Origin: Sphingobacteriia bacterium
GTDB lineage: Bacteria > Bacteroidota > Bacteroidia > J057 > RFSG01
DNA: 64,000 bases
Direction: 5' to 3'
Assembly: GCA_009924095.1 (NCBI GenBank)
Contig: RFSG01000002.1
Coordinates: forward strand, 180-64,179
Below the pieces are notes generated by a model that searched no databases, had not been told where the DNA came from, and saw only the letters and a program-made list of their open reading frames with translations. Each line of letters opens with the position of its first letter. Position 1 is the stretch's first letter. This document shows positions 37,965-48,481 of this stretch, piece by piece. A program made the translations under genes and the position numbers.

Positions 37965-38827
37965 GCCATCGAAGGAAGTTCAGGAAGGATCGGCAAATAA
38001 TGCAAAACCGGAATCCGACTTTCTGTCGGATACCAAGGCTGCGTTAATTCTCTATCCGGATATTTAACTTCAGGAAAATATTTTTCTAATAACTCAAATG
38101 GACTCTCCTGTGTTTTTGCTTTTCCAGCAAAGCGAATTACAATATGTTCAGGACTGATATGCAACTCACGACATACCCATAAAGCATAAAATAAATAATC
38201 TTCTGCACGCTTCACCGGAAATATCTGACTTAATACCAACCCTGCACGATTAAATAATTGAAATACTACTTTCCCTCCCAAGGCAAACAGCATCAAAGTA
38301 TAAATAGGATTTTCTAATTCTTGTTGCCGTTGAGCGATATATAAAGTTCTATGGGCAATATGAATTTTTTGTAAAGAAGGATATGGATTTAAAAAGGGTT
38401 GAACCCAAGAATCAGAATCCTGCGCCAAGGTGACTATTTTTCCGTTCGGAAGGAAATTCTGAATAATTTCTGATTTTAATTCCCAAGGATTACGAAGGGG
38501 TTCTAATAATTCTTCAGCAGAAGAATATTTATAAAAATCTTCCGGAGTTTGTAAAAAATATCCATCCGAAACAATACACTCTACAGAAGAATAGGGTAGG
38601 GTAAGAAACTCCTGATCTTGAATTAATTTTTGTAAATTTTCTTCAGAGATAGCATTAAATTCTTTTAAGGCAAGAATATGCCCTGCAGAATTACTAATCG
38701 AACAACTAAGGGTATTGTCTTCATACAATACGATTAATTTATAATCTGAGGAATTCGAAGGATTATAGTCTGCATGTTGATGCACATATGCAGCTGGAAA
38801 GTAATCGGCCATTCGGTAAATATACAA
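37961..38827 (-). CDS. DUF3822-family protein
   Basis: 288 aa. The assignment rests on the conserved Bacteroidota neighbourhood (DUF3822-rsmD-coaD) and general sequence character, not on a specific motif. Confidence 0.55.
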   Translation of the reverse strand: MYIYRMADYFPAAYVHQHADYNPSNSSDYKLIVLYEDNTLSCSISNSAGHILALKEFNAISEENLQKLIQDQEFLTLPYSSVECIVSDGYFLQTPEDFYKYSSAEELLEPLRNPWELKSEIIQNFLPNGKIVTLAQDSDSWVQPFLNPYPSLQKIHIAHRTLYIAQRQQELENPIYTLMLFALGGKVVFQLFNRAGLVLSQIFPVKRAEDYLFYALWVCRELHISPEHIVIRFAGKAKTQESPFELLEKYFPEVKYPDRELTQPWYPTESRIPVLHYLPILPELPSMA

Positions 38828-38856
38828 AGAATCAAGTGGGTAATCTTTTTTTGTCC

Positions 38857-39264
38857 TTAGGATATTTCTAAACTTTTGGAATCCAAATATCTTTTTCGAA
38901 CCGTATCCCCAATGGGAGTGGGCATTCCATCTTCATCAATTCGCACAAACGTAATCCGTGTGGTACAAACTACCGTTTCTTCCCCACTATACAGATTGTA
39001 TTTACGGGCTTCGATTCTCAACCTTACACTACTTCTCCCTAATTCATCAATCTCTCCATAAATCCGGATTTGTTGCCCTGTTTTAACCGGTCTCTTAAAT
39101 AACATCTCTTCAATTTTCAAGGTAACTACATTCGGAGAATGGCAAAACTCAGTGGCAAGGGCAGCACCTGCTTCATCTAACCAACTGAGCAATATTCCTC
39201 CAAATAAATTCCCATGAATCCCAAGATCCTTGGTCATGCAAATTTTTTGTGTGATGAGTTTCAT
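38857..39264 (-). CDS. Acyl-CoA thioesterase (hotdog fold, YciA-like)
   Basis: GNLFGGILLSWLDEAGAALA motif. The start is moved to ATG 39264, because the track's longer ORF would run through a terminator hairpin. Confidence 0.8.
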   Translation of the reverse strand: MKLITQKICMTKDLGIHGNLFGGILLSWLDEAGAALATEFCHSPNVVTLKIEEMLFKRPVKTGQQIRIYGEIDELGRSSVRLRIEARKYNLYSGEETVVCTTRITFVRIDEDGMPTPIGDTVRKRYLDSKSLEIS

Positions 39265-39308
39265 CCTAAACTTTTTTAGTAATTCAATACAAGTACAAAA
39301 TGGGTCTA

Positions 39309-39343
39309 TAAAACAAAAGCCCTTCAAGAAATTGAAGGGCTTT
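39309..39343 (-). terminator. Rho-independent terminator of the M16 peptidase gene
   Basis: 12-bp stem AAAGCCCTTCAA/TTGAAGGGCTTT with loop GAAA. On the minus strand it is followed by TTTTGTTTT. Confidence 0.65.
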
Positions 39344-39520
39344 GCATAAATAGAAATTTAATATTTTAATTTATCATTTCGCAAAATACCCATCAACGGT
39401 TGGCATACCGCAACAACAATGGGTTAAGGAAAAGATAAAAATCATATTCATGCTGCAAAGGTAACAGGAGAATTCAGGATTGAATTACTCATTCTGTTAA
39501 TTCTTTGTGAATTTTCAGAT

Positions 39521-42334
39521 TTATTTAAGTTTCATATTCGGCACCAAATAAAAATCAGCATACTGATTGAAATTAAAATATTTCAACGCCAACTCTTGCA
39601 ATTTCTCTGCTTTCAAATCCATTAAATATCCATCCAGTTGTTGAACTTCTGTAATATCTTCCCCAAACATATATGAGTTGGTAATTACATTCAGCCAAAA
39701 ATTATTTTCTTTTAATGCAGTTTCTATTTCTCTCCTATAGGTTTCTTTTATTTTCGTCATATCCAATTCTGAAGGAGCTTTCAGCCCTAATTGATACAAT
39801 ACTTTCAAAGCTGATTTTGTAAGCGTATCTACATTTTCAGGTGAGCAACCAAAACTAATGGTAATGGAATATTTTCCTACCGGATATTTTTCAGTTTTAG
39901 GTTGAACTCCAACTCCGTAGGTGCCGCCTTTTTCTTCTCTGAGCTCTTCTCTTAATTTTGTACTTGCCAATCGGGTTAAACAAGTTAAATCATTTCGATT
40001 TTTACGGTTATATTCAAATGGTCCTGTAAATATTAATTGTACCTGACTTTTAGGTTCTGTTCCAGCAATTACAGATTTGGTAATTCTGCCACCGGGGGTA
40101 CGAATTCCATTGTCTTTCCAATTTTCACTACTAGGTTCTCCAGGAAGTGAACCTATATATTTTTCAACCCATTGACGCAATAGAGGCTCATCAAAATTGC
40201 CCACAAATACAAAAGTAAATTCCCCTGGATTATTAAATCTTTCTTTATAAATATCATACGCCCGATTTAAATTAATTTCTTTTAATCTCTCAACTGTAAT
40301 CGGTTGAACCCTCGGATTATATTGCGCCATGGTTACTTGAACAGTATCTGCAAAAGCAGCTTCCGGGGATCCACTGCGGTTTTCTAAAAATCCTTTAAAC
40401 ATTTTTATTTGTGCATCAAAGGAAGTTTGATCTTTCCGCGGATATCTCATGCGCGCATGTAATAATTGAAAAAAGGTTTCTCCATCATCCTTCGCAAAAC
40501 TACCGTTTAAAGTTTCATTTAATTCTCCAATATCGGCACTTAAATCAACTGTTTTTCCACTTAAATATTTATTTAAATCAATCTCATTTAATTGTCCAGC
40601 TCCCATTTGAGAAACTAAATCCCCACAAATAATTGCATTTAAATGATCTGAATCTCCATACAGAGAAGCCCCTCCATTACTTTGGGCTTTAAATAAAATA
40701 TTATCTTTTTGGAAATCGGTCTTTTTCGAAATTACTACCGCTCCATTCGATAATTTCCAGATTTTAATATCGGTTCCAGGATAATTTTTTTCTCCTTCAA
40801 TTTTTCCTGCAACCGGCTCCTGGGGTAATATAGATTGGGTAACTACTACTTCTGAATACGGATTTATTTTTTGTTTTTTAACTTTTACATAAATATTTCG
40901 AATTTCAGCGGCAGTAGGCAATTTTACCCCGTCTTTTTCAGGAGCAGTAATTTCAATCACTGTATTATTTTCTTGATTAAATAATACTTTACTGGATTGA
41001 TTAATTTCTGCTAAAGTAATTAACGGAAATAATTGTGTAGCTAATTTATATTTTTCAGATAAAGAAGGGGTAATTTCATCTGATAAAAAATCATTGATCA
41101 TTACCCTTGCAAAAGTACTGGAAGGGGTTTTATCTTTTTCCTTAAATTTATTTTCTAAATCTTTTAACATTCTGGATTTAGCCCTTACCAATTCACCTTC
41201 CGTAAATCCATGTTGATGTACTCTTTCTAATTCGGTAAACATTTCAGTTATACAAGGAGAAATGTTTTGATCCGAAGAGGCGATTAGGGTTTGTTGAAAT
41301 CCATCCGTTCCTTTTACATACGATCCCCAATAGGAAAAGGCATAACTAAAGGGAGAAGTAGGTTTTTGTTTGGCTTCTTCCATCCTTTCTGATAACATAT
41401 CGGTAATTAAAGATTGAACAAAATTTCTTTTTAGATCTCCAATATTTTTTTGCGTATGCGGGGGATATTTATGTAAAAAAGTAATCGCGGAATAAGTGGC
41501 TTCTTTATCTGTTGCTGTAGTCACTAACATGGAGTCATGGGCAGGTACAATATATTCTTCTCGTTTACGAGTATTGGCTGCATTCGAAAGTTTATTAAAT
41601 CGAGATTTAATTTCTTTTTCCATTTGTTCCACATCTATTTCCCCCACAATAATGATGGCCATTAATTCCGGACGATACCAATCGGTGTAGAATTTCTTTA
41701 AGGTACTGAATTCACATTTTTGAATAATCTCTGGTTTACCAATCGGCAATCTTTCGGCATATCTAGATTTATGAAAAATCACTGGAAATGTTTTTTGTTG
41801 CATTCTGTTTTCTGCTCCTTGGCCCAATCTCCACTCTTCCATTACTACGCCTCTTTCTTTATCAATTTCAGCGGGGTCAAAACTTACGCCGGATGCCCAA
41901 TCTTCTAACACCAATAATCCCTTTTGTAAGATTTCAGGTTTGTCGGTGGGCACTTGTAACATATATACCGTTTCATCAAAACTGGTATAGGCATTTAAGT
42001 GGGCGCCAAACTTGGTACCTATAGATTCTAGATAATCTACCAATTCCGATTTTTTAAAATTCCGGGTTCCATTAAAGCACATATGTTCGCAGAAATGTGC
42101 TAACCCTTGTTGATTATCATCTTCCTGAAGCGACCCGGCTTTTAAGGCAATCCGTAATTCTACCCGATTTTCGGGTTTCGAATTTCTTTGAATAAAATAA
42201 TGCATCCCGTTAGATAAGACCCCCGTGCGGATAGCAGTATCCAGCGTTAATGGGGTAGTAAGGGCTTGCGCCATTCCTAAGAGGGGAATATAGACCAGAT
42301 TTATAATCAGAGCTTTTACAAAAAACTTCAGCAT
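39521..42334 (-). CDS. M16-family zinc metallopeptidase (insulinase-like, double-length)
   Basis: HFCEHMCFNGT (the HxxEH zinc motif). The signal-like N-terminus MLKFFVKALIINLVYIPLLGMAQA begins at ATG 42334. The track ORF extends to 42439. Confidence 0.85.
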   Translation of the reverse strand: MLKFFVKALIINLVYIPLLGMAQALTTPLTLDTAIRTGVLSNGMHYFIQRNSKPENRVELRIALKAGSLQEDDNQQGLAHFCEHMCFNGTRNFKKSELVDYLESIGTKFGAHLNAYTSFDETVYMLQVPTDKPEILQKGLLVLEDWASGVSFDPAEIDKERGVVMEEWRLGQGAENRMQQKTFPVIFHKSRYAERLPIGKPEIIQKCEFSTLKKFYTDWYRPELMAIIIVGEIDVEQMEKEIKSRFNKLSNAANTRKREEYIVPAHDSMLVTTATDKEATYSAITFLHKYPPHTQKNIGDLKRNFVQSLITDMLSERMEEAKQKPTSPFSYAFSYWGSYVKGTDGFQQTLIASSDQNISPCITEMFTELERVHQHGFTEGELVRAKSRMLKDLENKFKEKDKTPSSTFARVMINDFLSDEITPSLSEKYKLATQLFPLITLAEINQSSKVLFNQENNTVIEITAPEKDGVKLPTAAEIRNIYVKVKKQKINPYSEVVVTQSILPQEPVAGKIEGEKNYPGTDIKIWKLSNGAVVISKKTDFQKDNILFKAQSNGGASLYGDSDHLNAIICGDLVSQMGAGQLNEIDLNKYLSGKTVDLSADIGELNETLNGSFAKDDGETFFQLLHARMRYPRKDQTSFDAQIKMFKGFLENRSGSPEAAFADTVQVTMAQYNPRVQPITVERLKEINLNRAYDIYKERFNNPGEFTFVFVGNFDEPLLRQWVEKYIGSLPGEPSSENWKDNGIRTPGGRITKSVIAGTEPKSQVQLIFTGPFEYNRKNRNDLTCLTRLASTKLREELREEKGGTYGVGVQPKTEKYPVGKYSITISFGCSPENVDTLTKSALKVLYQLGLKAPSELDMTKIKETYRREIETALKENNFWLNVITNSYMFGEDITEVQQLDGYLMDLKAEKLQELALKYFNFNQYADFYLVPNMKLK

Positions 42335-42512
42335 AACAGAAAGGTTAATTTTAGAATGGCTTGAAATTATATTATTTTTTCGAAAATACTGTGGACGATT
42401 CTCAATAATTGTAAGCGGTGAATAGAGAATATTTTTCATTTTTAACCCTTAACCCTCCCAGAAGAGATAGGTTGATATTGGGAAAGATGGAAAGGGAACA
42501 CCGGAAATTTTA

Positions 42513-42520
42513 TAACTTTG
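42513..42520 (+). promoter_or_regulatory. Putative -7 promoter box TAACTTTG upstream of the 759-aa ORF
   Basis: Exact TAnnTTTG match 38 nt before ATG 42559. Confidence 0.35.
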
Positions 42521-42558
42521 CTTGAAAGAATAAACCCAACAGGAGCCTACATAACAGC

Positions 42559-44838
42559 ATGCGCGTTTCATATTTACACACTGAAATTCCGGAGATAACC
42601 TCTGATTATCTTTCGGAAGGGGATGTGGTGGTGCGGAATTTACGTTCCGTTTCCTTAACTGAAGTCATGGATGTGGCTTTGTTGACCATGCGTTTAGCCC
42701 TACGTATTGGTATCCAACGCCCCCAATCTCGTCATGAACAATTGTTGCCTTATGATCAGGATAATGATAATCTGGTATTCGATTGCCCCTTAAATTCTGC
42801 CCTCACCGGTCGAAGAATAACTTTTTTAAGAGGGTGGAAACAATTTCAAAGCTGTATTAAAGGCTTTAATAGCTTAGGGTTAATGGCAGAACAAGTTCTT
42901 AGGGAATTAACTGCTGCAGAGAAATTAGGACTTAAAGAAGTGAACGCAATCAAGCGGGAATTTTTGAAAAGTCGTAAGCAAAATTATTCGGATACGCCTG
43001 ACCAATTAGTTTTTACTTCAGCTGAAGTAGATGCCCTTACCGATCAAGATCTAACTGCACTCGACCTTTTTGATGTAATGATCTGGAAGGCGTTTGCCCG
43101 CAAAACCATTGTTTGTTCCACTTCCTCTAATATGGGGATTTCTTTACATGAAGATTTGCGCTATATGCAGCAATCATCGGTAAATGCTTTCGGTAAGAAA
43201 TTCTATTTGCTCAATATTTCGGAAGGGAATTTAATTATCTGGTGCCCTGACCGGGAAGCAGATTTTATGAATAAGGAAAAGTCTGATTTGTTAGAATCCT
43301 TAGAAGCTGAACTACCCCCATTAACGAAATTACGCACCTATATTAACCGGATTCAACGGGATCCCGGTGCATTAAGTGATGCGTTTGCTTGTGGAGGATA
43401 TTTTTTTCCAACCAATCCTCAAAGCAAAGATGAAATTCAAAATCTACTATTTTTCTCTTTAACCCAAATTGCGGCAGAACGAAAAGTAACCATTTCTGCA
43501 TTAACGCAAGATCCACATATTAAAGAGACTTTAAATAGTTTGAGATGTGAAATTCAGGAAGGTAAAATTTATGTAGATTTTGGAATTGAAGGAGGAATCA
43601 GTGGATTAATGGTTCCTTATTTAATTATGTTGGAAGAGGTGCTATCTATGCCCAAAGTAAAAGCCTTATCCACCTGGAACCAGGCTTCTATTGGAGCTGC
43701 CTTAGCTGCTGCAGTAATTGCCGATCAAATCCTCAGAAATCCTGAGGAAATGAATGAAAAAACTCGCGCTAATTTAACAACCCTATTCCCTAATATCAGC
43801 AAGTTTATTGATTTAAAGGAATTAGGAAAAGATGTGCAAACCCGTATTCATGGGCTATTCGATTTAGCCAATATTCAATCGCTTGCCCAATTATTAGGGG
43901 TAGTAGTAGAACGACATTTATCGGGTAGAGGTACCGCTTTCGTAGGACTAGGTTCTAGCTCTTATTCAAATGGTAACCGTTGTTATGAAATATTAAAGGA
44001 TAGTATGGAAGGAGATGGAAGCTTTAGAGGTAAATCTACTTTCCATCCTGCAACCCATACCTTAAATCCTTTTGCACAAGCGTTAATTTATGGGGAGGAT
44101 TTATATAAAATCATTCAACACACTAAATATAAAGCCTTAAAAACGGAAGCTGAAAGACTGAAATTTATTCAGGATCACGTTAAAAAATCAGAACCTGCCG
44201 GTGCTGCTGCAATGGCTGGATATTTATTAACTCGCCTCGATTTTGGTAATTTATCCATTATGGAAATTGCCTATCTCCTAAAATTAATGGGCTTCACCAA
44301 ACAATTGTTTTTGGAATTCAGTAAGTTTAATCCTGATGAAAAAGGATTAAACCTGTTCTTACAGGAATCTTATGAAGAAGGGGTGTATATGGGAGATTTA
44401 GCAAAGAATATTTTAATTATCCTCGATTGGCCTTTACAAGAAATTAAACGCAGAGCAGAATTAGAAAAAATTCATTCTACGCTTAAATATAAATTAAAAC
44501 CGATTGATGATTTCTGGGTAGATAATTTAGATCCTTTGGTGAATATTTATTTAACCGGAGATAATACCGCTCAGCCTTCTGATACCTTGAATTTAACACT
44601 GGTGCAACAAATGCAAGCCAATGAAAAATGGATTCAGGAATATTTAGAAGGGAATCAAAGAATGCAAGATGAACAAAGGAAATTTAATAGCATTAATTGG
44701 GTAAGTAGTTCTTTATCCGCGTTAAGTCTTAAATTAAACTCCTGGGATAAAAAAGTTAATCGTTTAATGACACGTACCTTAAATAATATTGTACAGAAGA
44801 AGGTAAGTGAGATTAGTTCTCACCCGAATCATAAATGA
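42559..44838 (+). CDS. Large hypothetical cytoplasmic protein (759 aa, no recognisable domain)
   Basis: Long uninterrupted ORF with normal amino-acid composition, no signal peptide and no TM segment. I recognise no catalytic or binding motif. Confidence 0.6.
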   Translation: MRVSYLHTEIPEITSDYLSEGDVVVRNLRSVSLTEVMDVALLTMRLALRIGIQRPQSRHEQLLPYDQDNDNLVFDCPLNSALTGRRITFLRGWKQFQSCIKGFNSLGLMAEQVLRELTAAEKLGLKEVNAIKREFLKSRKQNYSDTPDQLVFTSAEVDALTDQDLTALDLFDVMIWKAFARKTIVCSTSSNMGISLHEDLRYMQQSSVNAFGKKFYLLNISEGNLIIWCPDREADFMNKEKSDLLESLEAELPPLTKLRTYINRIQRDPGALSDAFACGGYFFPTNPQSKDEIQNLLFFSLTQIAAERKVTISALTQDPHIKETLNSLRCEIQEGKIYVDFGIEGGISGLMVPYLIMLEEVLSMPKVKALSTWNQASIGAALAAAVIADQILRNPEEMNEKTRANLTTLFPNISKFIDLKELGKDVQTRIHGLFDLANIQSLAQLLGVVVERHLSGRGTAFVGLGSSSYSNGNRCYEILKDSMEGDGSFRGKSTFHPATHTLNPFAQALIYGEDLYKIIQHTKYKALKTEAERLKFIQDHVKKSEPAGAAAMAGYLLTRLDFGNLSIMEIAYLLKLMGFTKQLFLEFSKFNPDEKGLNLFLQESYEEGVYMGDLAKNILIILDWPLQEIKRRAELEKIHSTLKYKLKPIDDFWVDNLDPLVNIYLTGDNTAQPSDTLNLTLVQQMQANEKWIQEYLEGNQRMQDEQRKFNSINWVSSSLSALSLKLNSWDKKVNRLMTRTLNNIVQKKVSEISSHPNHK

Positions 44839-44865
44839 TGAATCTTTTTTTTATGTTTAGTACAA

Positions 44866-45582
44866 ATGATTTTTGATTGCCATTGTCATATCGAAACAGG
44901 AATGGAAGCATATGATTTGGCTTCTGTTTATAAAAGAAATATTATTTTTAATCAGGTAGATCATTATAATACTTTCCTGAAACAAGTTCCGGCGGGGGAT
45001 GCTATCTCCTTGATTTTTGATTATAAACAAAATTACGATCGGGTAAAACATGCCGCAGAATCAGGCGTAATTCAGGCCTATAAAATTCATTCCCGGGAAC
45101 AAAAATTAACGCCAGATGATTTTCCTGCATTAGCCGATGCATTGGAAAAAGTTAATTCGAATATCCCCGTAATTTTTGATGCATTTTATTTTGATCATCA
45201 TTTATTATATCAACCTTATTTACCGGGTATCATTTTACTGGCGGAACGTTTTCCAGATAAAACCTTTATCGTAGCCCATGCAGGTGGAATTGAAATCTTA
45301 CGCTACTTTTTTCATTTGCGTACCCTGCCGAATATTATTTATGATTTATCTTTTTCCTTACAATATTTAGAAGATAGCTCTTTGTATTTAGATTTGATTA
45401 AGTTGATTAAATACACAGATAAATCAAAAATAATGTTTGGTACCGATTATTTTTATGCCTCTCCTAAATTTCAACTCGAAGTTATGGATGGGATTATGGA
45501 CAAACTTTCCTTAAATGCTGGTGAACGGGAAGCAATTCTGTTTAAAAATGCGGAACGTATATTTTTTAATAATCAGGTTTAA
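44866..45582 (+). CDS. Amidohydrolase-2-like TIM-barrel metal-dependent hydrolase
   Basis: 238 aa with N-terminal MIFDCHCHI (HxH metal motif), a later AHAGG, and a GTDY near the C-terminus. Lies 27 nt downstream of the 759-aa ORF. Confidence 0.65.
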   Translation: MIFDCHCHIETGMEAYDLASVYKRNIIFNQVDHYNTFLKQVPAGDAISLIFDYKQNYDRVKHAAESGVIQAYKIHSREQKLTPDDFPALADALEKVNSNIPVIFDAFYFDHHLLYQPYLPGIILLAERFPDKTFIVAHAGGIEILRYFFHLRTLPNIIYDLSFSLQYLEDSSLYLDLIKLIKYTDKSKIMFGTDYFYASPKFQLEVMDGIMDKLSLNAGEREAILFKNAERIFFNNQV

Positions 45583-45597
45583 TTTTTTTAATTGATT

Positions 45598-48009
45598 TTA
45601 TTTTGGGCGAATTCTTTTCCAGAAGAATAATAATCCAAAAAATAATAAACACCCGATTCCACTTAGGTAGGCATAAAGTTTTAAGTTGGGTGGGAAATAC
45701 CGCATTTTAATATGTTGTATTCCTTTGGGAAGATATACTCCGGATAACCCTTCATTAATCACCAATACAGATTCTTCTTTTCCATTTATAAATGCTTTCC
45801 ATCCAGCATCCCAAGTCATGGGGAGAAGTAATATGCCAGGAGCTTCCGCACGTACGATACCTTCAATATGATTTTGATCTTGATAAACTAATTTAAGTCC
45901 TTCCTGATTTAATTGATTCGTAACCTGGGTGTAAATACTGTCTGTAAATACTTCAGGATTATTTGGAGATATATAGGGCTTTAATTCTTTTTTAATCGAA
46001 TCCGGTAATCCTTCTCGAAGCACTGCCCTTAATAATATTTGATCTTTAATCGTATCTGCAAAGGTTAACAAATGTTCTTTAGGAATATATTGATGTAATA
46101 CCACGCCAAAGGGAATAGCATTTTTATTTTTCCAAACGGTCACATTGCCGGTCTTTTGAACTGGAAGGTAATTTCGCACATATTCAGGATTGGAAATACT
46201 ATCTTTCGTTAGTTTATAACGGTGTGCTGTTAAGGTTAATAATAAATCCCGATGATCTAATCCTGCTGACCAACGCGTGCCAATATCACTTTTCGGATCT
46301 GCCAATCCTAACAACGTTAAAAATCTAATGTAATATAAACTATTAAAGGAATAATACGAACTGCTATTCATATAATTCTGTGCAATTCCATCATTATAGG
46401 ATTTAATAGAATAATAGGCAGAATAATAATCTTTATCTATTCGATAAAATCCAGGGTCATGTTGATTTAACCATTTTAGGGCAAGTTGGGTGTCATCATT
46501 ATACCCTAAGGGTTGCGTAAGCATTTCCCGAGTAAGCACCCCATCCTTATTTACCGTATGTTTGCCTTGCCAGCCTAATTCCAAAACAATAAATACAAGA
46601 ATCAAAAATAAACTCCATTCGGTACGATAAATCAGTAATATTAATAAACCTAAATAAGTAAATACGAGTGCCATAACGCCCCATCTTAATTCTGGAATTA
46701 AATTGTTGGCAGCCGGGAATAGGGGACTTAACGTAAATACAATAAATACAGCAGTAATACCTATTCCTGCTTTCCATATTTTGTTAACTTTCAAAATATT
46801 GGAAAATCCATTCATCGCTAAATAAATAAAAGCGGCAATTAGGCAAAGTGATGAAGAACGAAAATAATCGCCCGCAAATCCCCAAAATAAATAGCGTAAA
46901 CCCGGAATAAATATGTGAGAAACAACAATTAAAAATATGAGTAGGTTGGATATACTCCATTTACCATTCGCTTTTTTAAACGATTGAGGAATTAATAATA
47001 AGGTAAATATTCCACAATAAAACCAAGGCGATTCAAAATAATTAAACCATCCCATAAATTCAGTTGTAGATCCTCCCAATAGTTCATTGCCATACATTCT
47101 ATACAAGGCGCTCACATAAAATTTAGGAGATTCAATTGCAAAAAAGCGTGAAAATAAATGATTAAAATAAGTAGCATCTCCTCCCACCCGTGGACTATTT
47201 AACATGAGCTCTATTACAGATCCACTAAATACCGCGGACAATAAAGCGCCAATAAATGCAACGCCTCCTAAGGTTAATACAATACGAGGAAGTTTTTTCC
47301 ATTTAAACCGATATTGGGCATAAAATCGAAAGGGGAGTACACCTAATGCCAATAATCCCCAATTATACCAAGAGAAGGGCGATAATAATCCCATGAATAC
47401 TATCGCAAACATAAATACCCAGGGGGCACGTCGTTGTAATACTAACTCCATGCCGTATAACATCATCGCTACCAATACTGCCTCTGAAGTAAATAGTTCA
47501 ATCGGACTAGAGATTAACAAATGCCCACTAAATCCAAATAATATTCCCCCAATAAGGGCTGGTAGAGGTTTAATTCCAGTTAAGGATAAAAATTCAAAAA
47601 ATAACCAGGCAGCTAGAATTAATTTAAAAGCTTCACGGTAAACAATTAATCCCGGTAATGACGTAGGATTTACCGCATCTGTAAGTAAGGCCAAAGGTGG
47701 AATTAAGGAGGATAAATACAAGGAATAAAAAGGATAATAACCCTGCCCTAAGCCTATATAAAAACTATATCCAGGATAACTTTGTGTTTTTAAATATCGA
47801 ATGGCATGCATTAAATGAGGATAGGTGAAATCTGCAGAATCCACCATATTCTTACCAAATACATATAACTTATTCCCGAAAATAAAATCATAAAAAATAA
47901 TACTATTAATCAGTAGGCCTAATAGTATTAATATTTTCCGGGGATTATCTTCTATCCAATGAATGCCAGACGATAAATAGGAAGAATTATTTATGCGGTT
48001 AGATTGCAT
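45598..48009 (-). CDS. YfhO-like GT-C fold membrane glycosyltransferase
   Basis: 803 aa with about a dozen N-terminal TM helices, a large C-terminal extracytoplasmic domain and a final TM. Architecture and N-terminal loop resemble the YfhO family. Family assignment is by recognition only. Confidence 0.6.
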   Translation of the reverse strand: MQSNRINNSSYLSSGIHWIEDNPRKILILLGLLINSIIFYDFIFGNKLYVFGKNMVDSADFTYPHLMHAIRYLKTQSYPGYSFYIGLGQGYYPFYSLYLSSLIPPLALLTDAVNPTSLPGLIVYREAFKLILAAWLFFEFLSLTGIKPLPALIGGILFGFSGHLLISSPIELFTSEAVLVAMMLYGMELVLQRRAPWVFMFAIVFMGLLSPFSWYNWGLLALGVLPFRFYAQYRFKWKKLPRIVLTLGGVAFIGALLSAVFSGSVIELMLNSPRVGGDATYFNHLFSRFFAIESPKFYVSALYRMYGNELLGGSTTEFMGWFNYFESPWFYCGIFTLLLIPQSFKKANGKWSISNLLIFLIVVSHIFIPGLRYLFWGFAGDYFRSSSLCLIAAFIYLAMNGFSNILKVNKIWKAGIGITAVFIVFTLSPLFPAANNLIPELRWGVMALVFTYLGLLILLIYRTEWSLFLILVFIVLELGWQGKHTVNKDGVLTREMLTQPLGYNDDTQLALKWLNQHDPGFYRIDKDYYSAYYSIKSYNDGIAQNYMNSSSYYSFNSLYYIRFLTLLGLADPKSDIGTRWSAGLDHRDLLLTLTAHRYKLTKDSISNPEYVRNYLPVQKTGNVTVWKNKNAIPFGVVLHQYIPKEHLLTFADTIKDQILLRAVLREGLPDSIKKELKPYISPNNPEVFTDSIYTQVTNQLNQEGLKLVYQDQNHIEGIVRAEAPGILLLPMTWDAGWKAFINGKEESVLVINEGLSGVYLPKGIQHIKMRYFPPNLKLYAYLSGIGCLLFFGLLFFWKRIRPK

Positions 48010-48063
48010 AAGCTCTGCCGTCTAATAATTCTGTAGGATGAATGCTTAATAAAAGTTTACCCT

Positions 48064-48480
48064 TTAAGAGCGAAGGGCAATACATTTAATTTCGATTTGA
48101 ACCGGAGAAGGGAAACGGCTTACTTCTACCGTTGTTCTGCAGGGACAAATATCTCCCATAATTTCACCGTACACTTTATTAAAGGATTTAAAATCTTTTT
48201 CGATACTCGTTAAAAATACCGAAACATCAATTACGTGTGCTAATGAACTTCCAGCTTCTTTTAGAATTTTTTCTAGGTTTTCAAAAATTACCCGGGTTTG
48301 AATTTCGATATCGTATGAAATTACATTTCCTTCCGGAGAAAGGGTTACGCCATGTAAGCCTTCGAGGTTTCGGGAAATTAATCCCGATACATAAATAAAA
48401 TCTCCCGTAATTCGGGCATGCGGATGAAATGCGCTGAGCGGATCAGGCAATAACGGGGTAATGACAGGTTTGTTTTCCAT
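48064..48480 (-). CDS. RidA/YjgF/UK114-family reactive-intermediate deaminase
   Basis: Typical RidA C-terminus ...PCRTTVEVSRFPSPVQIEIKCIA. The start is moved to ATG 48480 (MENKPV), 1 nt after the ATP-grasp stop. Confidence 0.82.
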   Translation of the reverse strand: MENKPVITPLLPDPLSAFHPHARITGDFIYVSGLISRNLEGLHGVTLSPEGNVISYDIEIQTRVIFENLEKILKEAGSSLAHVIDVSVFLTSIEKDFKSFNKVYGEIMGDICPCRTTVEVSRFPSPVQIEIKCIALRS

Positions 48481-48481
48481 A

